DNA of 64,000 bases. Origin: Fidelibacterota bacterium (GTDB taxonomy: Bacteria > Fidelibacterota > Marinisomatia > Marinisomatales > Marinisomataceae). Under the pieces are notes generated by a model, which saw only the letters and a program-made list of their open reading frames with translations, was not told where the DNA came from and made no database searches. The translations under genes were made by a program, and so were the position numbers. The stretch covers positions 416,001 to 480,000 of the forward strand of contig OZ243041.1 of the NCBI GenBank assembly GCA_965212055.1, given 5' to 3'. Numbering within the stretch: the first letter of the stretch is position 1; every line of letters begins with the position of its first letter. Below, one piece after another: positions 62,435-64,000 of the stretch.

Positions 62435-62468
62435 AAAAAAAAAGGGGCTAAATGCCCCTTCTTTTTTT
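62435..62468. terminator. Intrinsic terminator, potentially bidirectional, ending hsp20 transcript
   Basis: A9-GGGGC-TAAAT-GCCCC-TTCTTTTTTT; T9 follows the stem on the minus strand. Confidence 0.8.
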
Positions 62469-62480
62469 ATTTATGTTCAT

Positions 62481-62897
62481 TTAAGAGATTTTAATATCAA
62501 TTTCTTTTCCGATAGCATTTTTATCCTTTGGAAAAGCGATGTTTAAAACCCCATTTTTTAGGTTTGCGTTGATCTTGTTAATGTTCACATTGCTAGGAAC
62601 CTTGAAGATTCGTTCAAATTTTCCATAAGCATGTTCATTATCAGCAGTATCATTTTTTCGTTCTCCACTAACAATCACATGATTATTCTCAAATCGTACA
62701 TTAACATCCTTTTTTTGAACACCCGGCAAGTCCATATTCAAATAATATTCTTTTTTATTTTCATTCATATGAGAATATGGTTGATTTGTTGCTAAGCTAA
62801 ATTGAGGATTGAACGCAAAATCATTAAAAAACTGATCAAATAGATTATCAAATGTATCTATTTGGTTGTTTAATGGTTTCCATTTTATTAAACTCAT
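62481..62897 (-). CDS. Small heat shock protein, Hsp20/alpha-crystallin
   Basis: DLPGVQKKDV, SGERK, YGKFERIF.VP, ANLKNGVL.I; AAGGAG SD 7 nt before ATG 62897. Confidence 0.92.
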   Translation of the reverse strand: MSLIKWKPLNNQIDTFDNLFDQFFNDFAFNPQFSLATNQPYSHMNENKKEYYLNMDLPGVQKKDVNVRFENNHVIVSGERKNDTADNEHAYGKFERIFKVPSNVNINKINANLKNGVLNIAFPKDKNAIGKEIDIKIS

Positions 62898-62941
62898 TTT
62901 TAAACTCCTTTGGTTTAATTGTTTAATTACATACATATTGT

Positions 62942-62958
62942 TACAAAAACGATGCCAA
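62942..62958 (-). promoter_or_regulatory. Putative sigma-54-type -24/-12 promoter of hsp20
   Basis: Minus strand TTGGCAT-CGTTT-TTGTA vs consensus TGGCAC-N5-TTGCA. Confidence 0.45.
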
Positions 62959-63049
62959 AGGGCAAATGTCTGCATTATTTTCATACAGGTAGATATTTAT
63001 GGCATATATTTATTTTTTAGAGATAAAAACTATGCAAAAATGACTTACT

Positions 63050-64000
63050 ATGAACTTAGATTTTAAGAAAATACTGTCAAAAGTTGATTATCCTGCCGAT
63101 TGGGTGGGATTGCGTTATGTAGAAGAGGTACAGAATACGTTATCGACAAAAAACTCTGATGTTGATAGTATTAGAAGAATGTCTTCCAAAGGCGTTATGA
63201 TTGATGTGCTTGTAGACGGTCAGTTTGCCTATTATGCAACCCCTTATTTAGATGAAGATCATATTGTGCAAGCAATCAATACTGCATGTAAAAATGCCAA
63301 GGTAGCTTCCAAATATTCTATCTTCCAGTTTGATGGAGCAGAAGTTCGAAAAGGATACGAAGGAAAGTATCGAACAAATTGTTCTGATTCAGTGATGGAT
63401 TTATCTATTGCTGACATGAAAGATCTTGCATTGACAGGAGCAAAAGCTCTATTTCAACCCAAAGAAATTGTTCACGCTGCAGTTGCAATTGAATTAATTC
63501 AACGTACTACCAAGATTTATAGCACTTCAGGAGCTGATATTGATCAAAAAATGGATATTGCATTAATTGAATTATCATCAACAGCACAAAACAAATTAGA
63601 TAGTCAAACTAGATCAAACCATGGAATGAGAGGACATTGTTATCAAACAGGTGCAGAATTTGTTAGAAACTATGATATAAAAGAAGAAGCTGAGATTATT
63701 TCGGAGCAGGCTGTCGAATTGCTTTTGGCTGATCAATGTCCGACAGAAGTAACGGACTTGGTTCTTGCTCCAGATCAAATGATGTTACAGATTCACGAGA
63801 GCGTAGGGCATCCTCTAGAATTGGATCGTATTTTGGGAGATGAACGCAACTTTGCTGGATCTAGTTTTGTTAATCTTACTGATTTTGGTTCCTTGCAGTA
63901 TGGATCAGAATTAATGAACATTGTTTTTGATCCAACAATTGATAATCAATTAGCAACATATGCATTTGATGATGCAGGAATGCCTGCATCAAAAGAACAT
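63050..64000 (+). CDS. tldD: TldD/PmbA family metalloprotease, 3' part outside window (absent from ORF track)
   Basis: Manual translation MNLDFKK..ADWVGLR..LAPDQMMLQIHESVGHPLELDRILGDE..YAFDDAG; HExxxH motif; frame open to window end. Confidence 0.9.
   Translation, partial: MNLDFKKILSKVDYPADWVGLRYVEEVQNTLSTKNSDVDSIRRMSSKGVMIDVLVDGQFAYYATPYLDEDHIVQAINTACKNAKVASKYSIFQFDGAEVRKGYEGKYRTNCSDSVMDLSIADMKDLALTGAKALFQPKEIVHAAVAIELIQRTTKIYSTSGADIDQKMDIALIELSSTAQNKLDSQTRSNHGMRGHCYQTGAEFVRNYDIKEEAEIISEQAVELLLADQCPTEVTDLVLAPDQMMLQIHESVGHPLELDRILGDERNFAGSSFVNLTDFGSLQYGSELMNIVFDPTIDNQLATYAFDDAGMPASKEH

Noticed and set aside
62866..63066. 66 aa plus-strand ORF and long N-terminal extension of hsp20 to 62984
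   Set aside because: Spans the divergent promoter region; hsp20 has a clear SD at ATG 62897 and tldD starts at 63050

Overview
AT-rich, very compact bacterial chromosome segment, almost entirely + strand core genes. RpoB/RpoC inserts, gene order (tRNA Thr-Tyr-Gly-Thr-tuf-rpmG-tRNA-Trp-secE-nusG, secY-map-infA) and a batABCDE cluster point to the FCB superphylum, most plausibly a streamlined marine lineage such as Marinimicrobia/SAR406 (inference, no search run). Contents in order: lnt-truA-htrA-tatA-gatA-batABCDE-yebC-ruvCA-gcvT-ftsK-lolA-gmhB-ddl-cysS; tRNA/tuf/rif cluster; a gap-free str-S10-spc-alpha superoperon; an interlocked msrC/sulfotransferase/tRNA-Met block; gdhA-pgk-tpiA-secG-tRNA-Leu; TPR-HAD-acpS-murA-trkAH-uvrC; cbs, hsp20 and a partial tldD. 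I see no mobile element, CRISPR array or defence island and cannot claim a clearly new multi-gene system. Best leads: (1) a reduced UvrC missing its Fe-S cysteine motif and HhH domain, alongside zinc-free L33/S14/L36/S4, a possible metal-sparing programme; (2) four alternately oriented features after rplQ with no intergenic DNA and two start codons sharing one CATG; (3) ddl apparently starting at ATT; (4) twin promoters with shared CG-rich motifs; (5) three single-base frameshifts (msrC, secG, uvrC) that may be sequencing errors.
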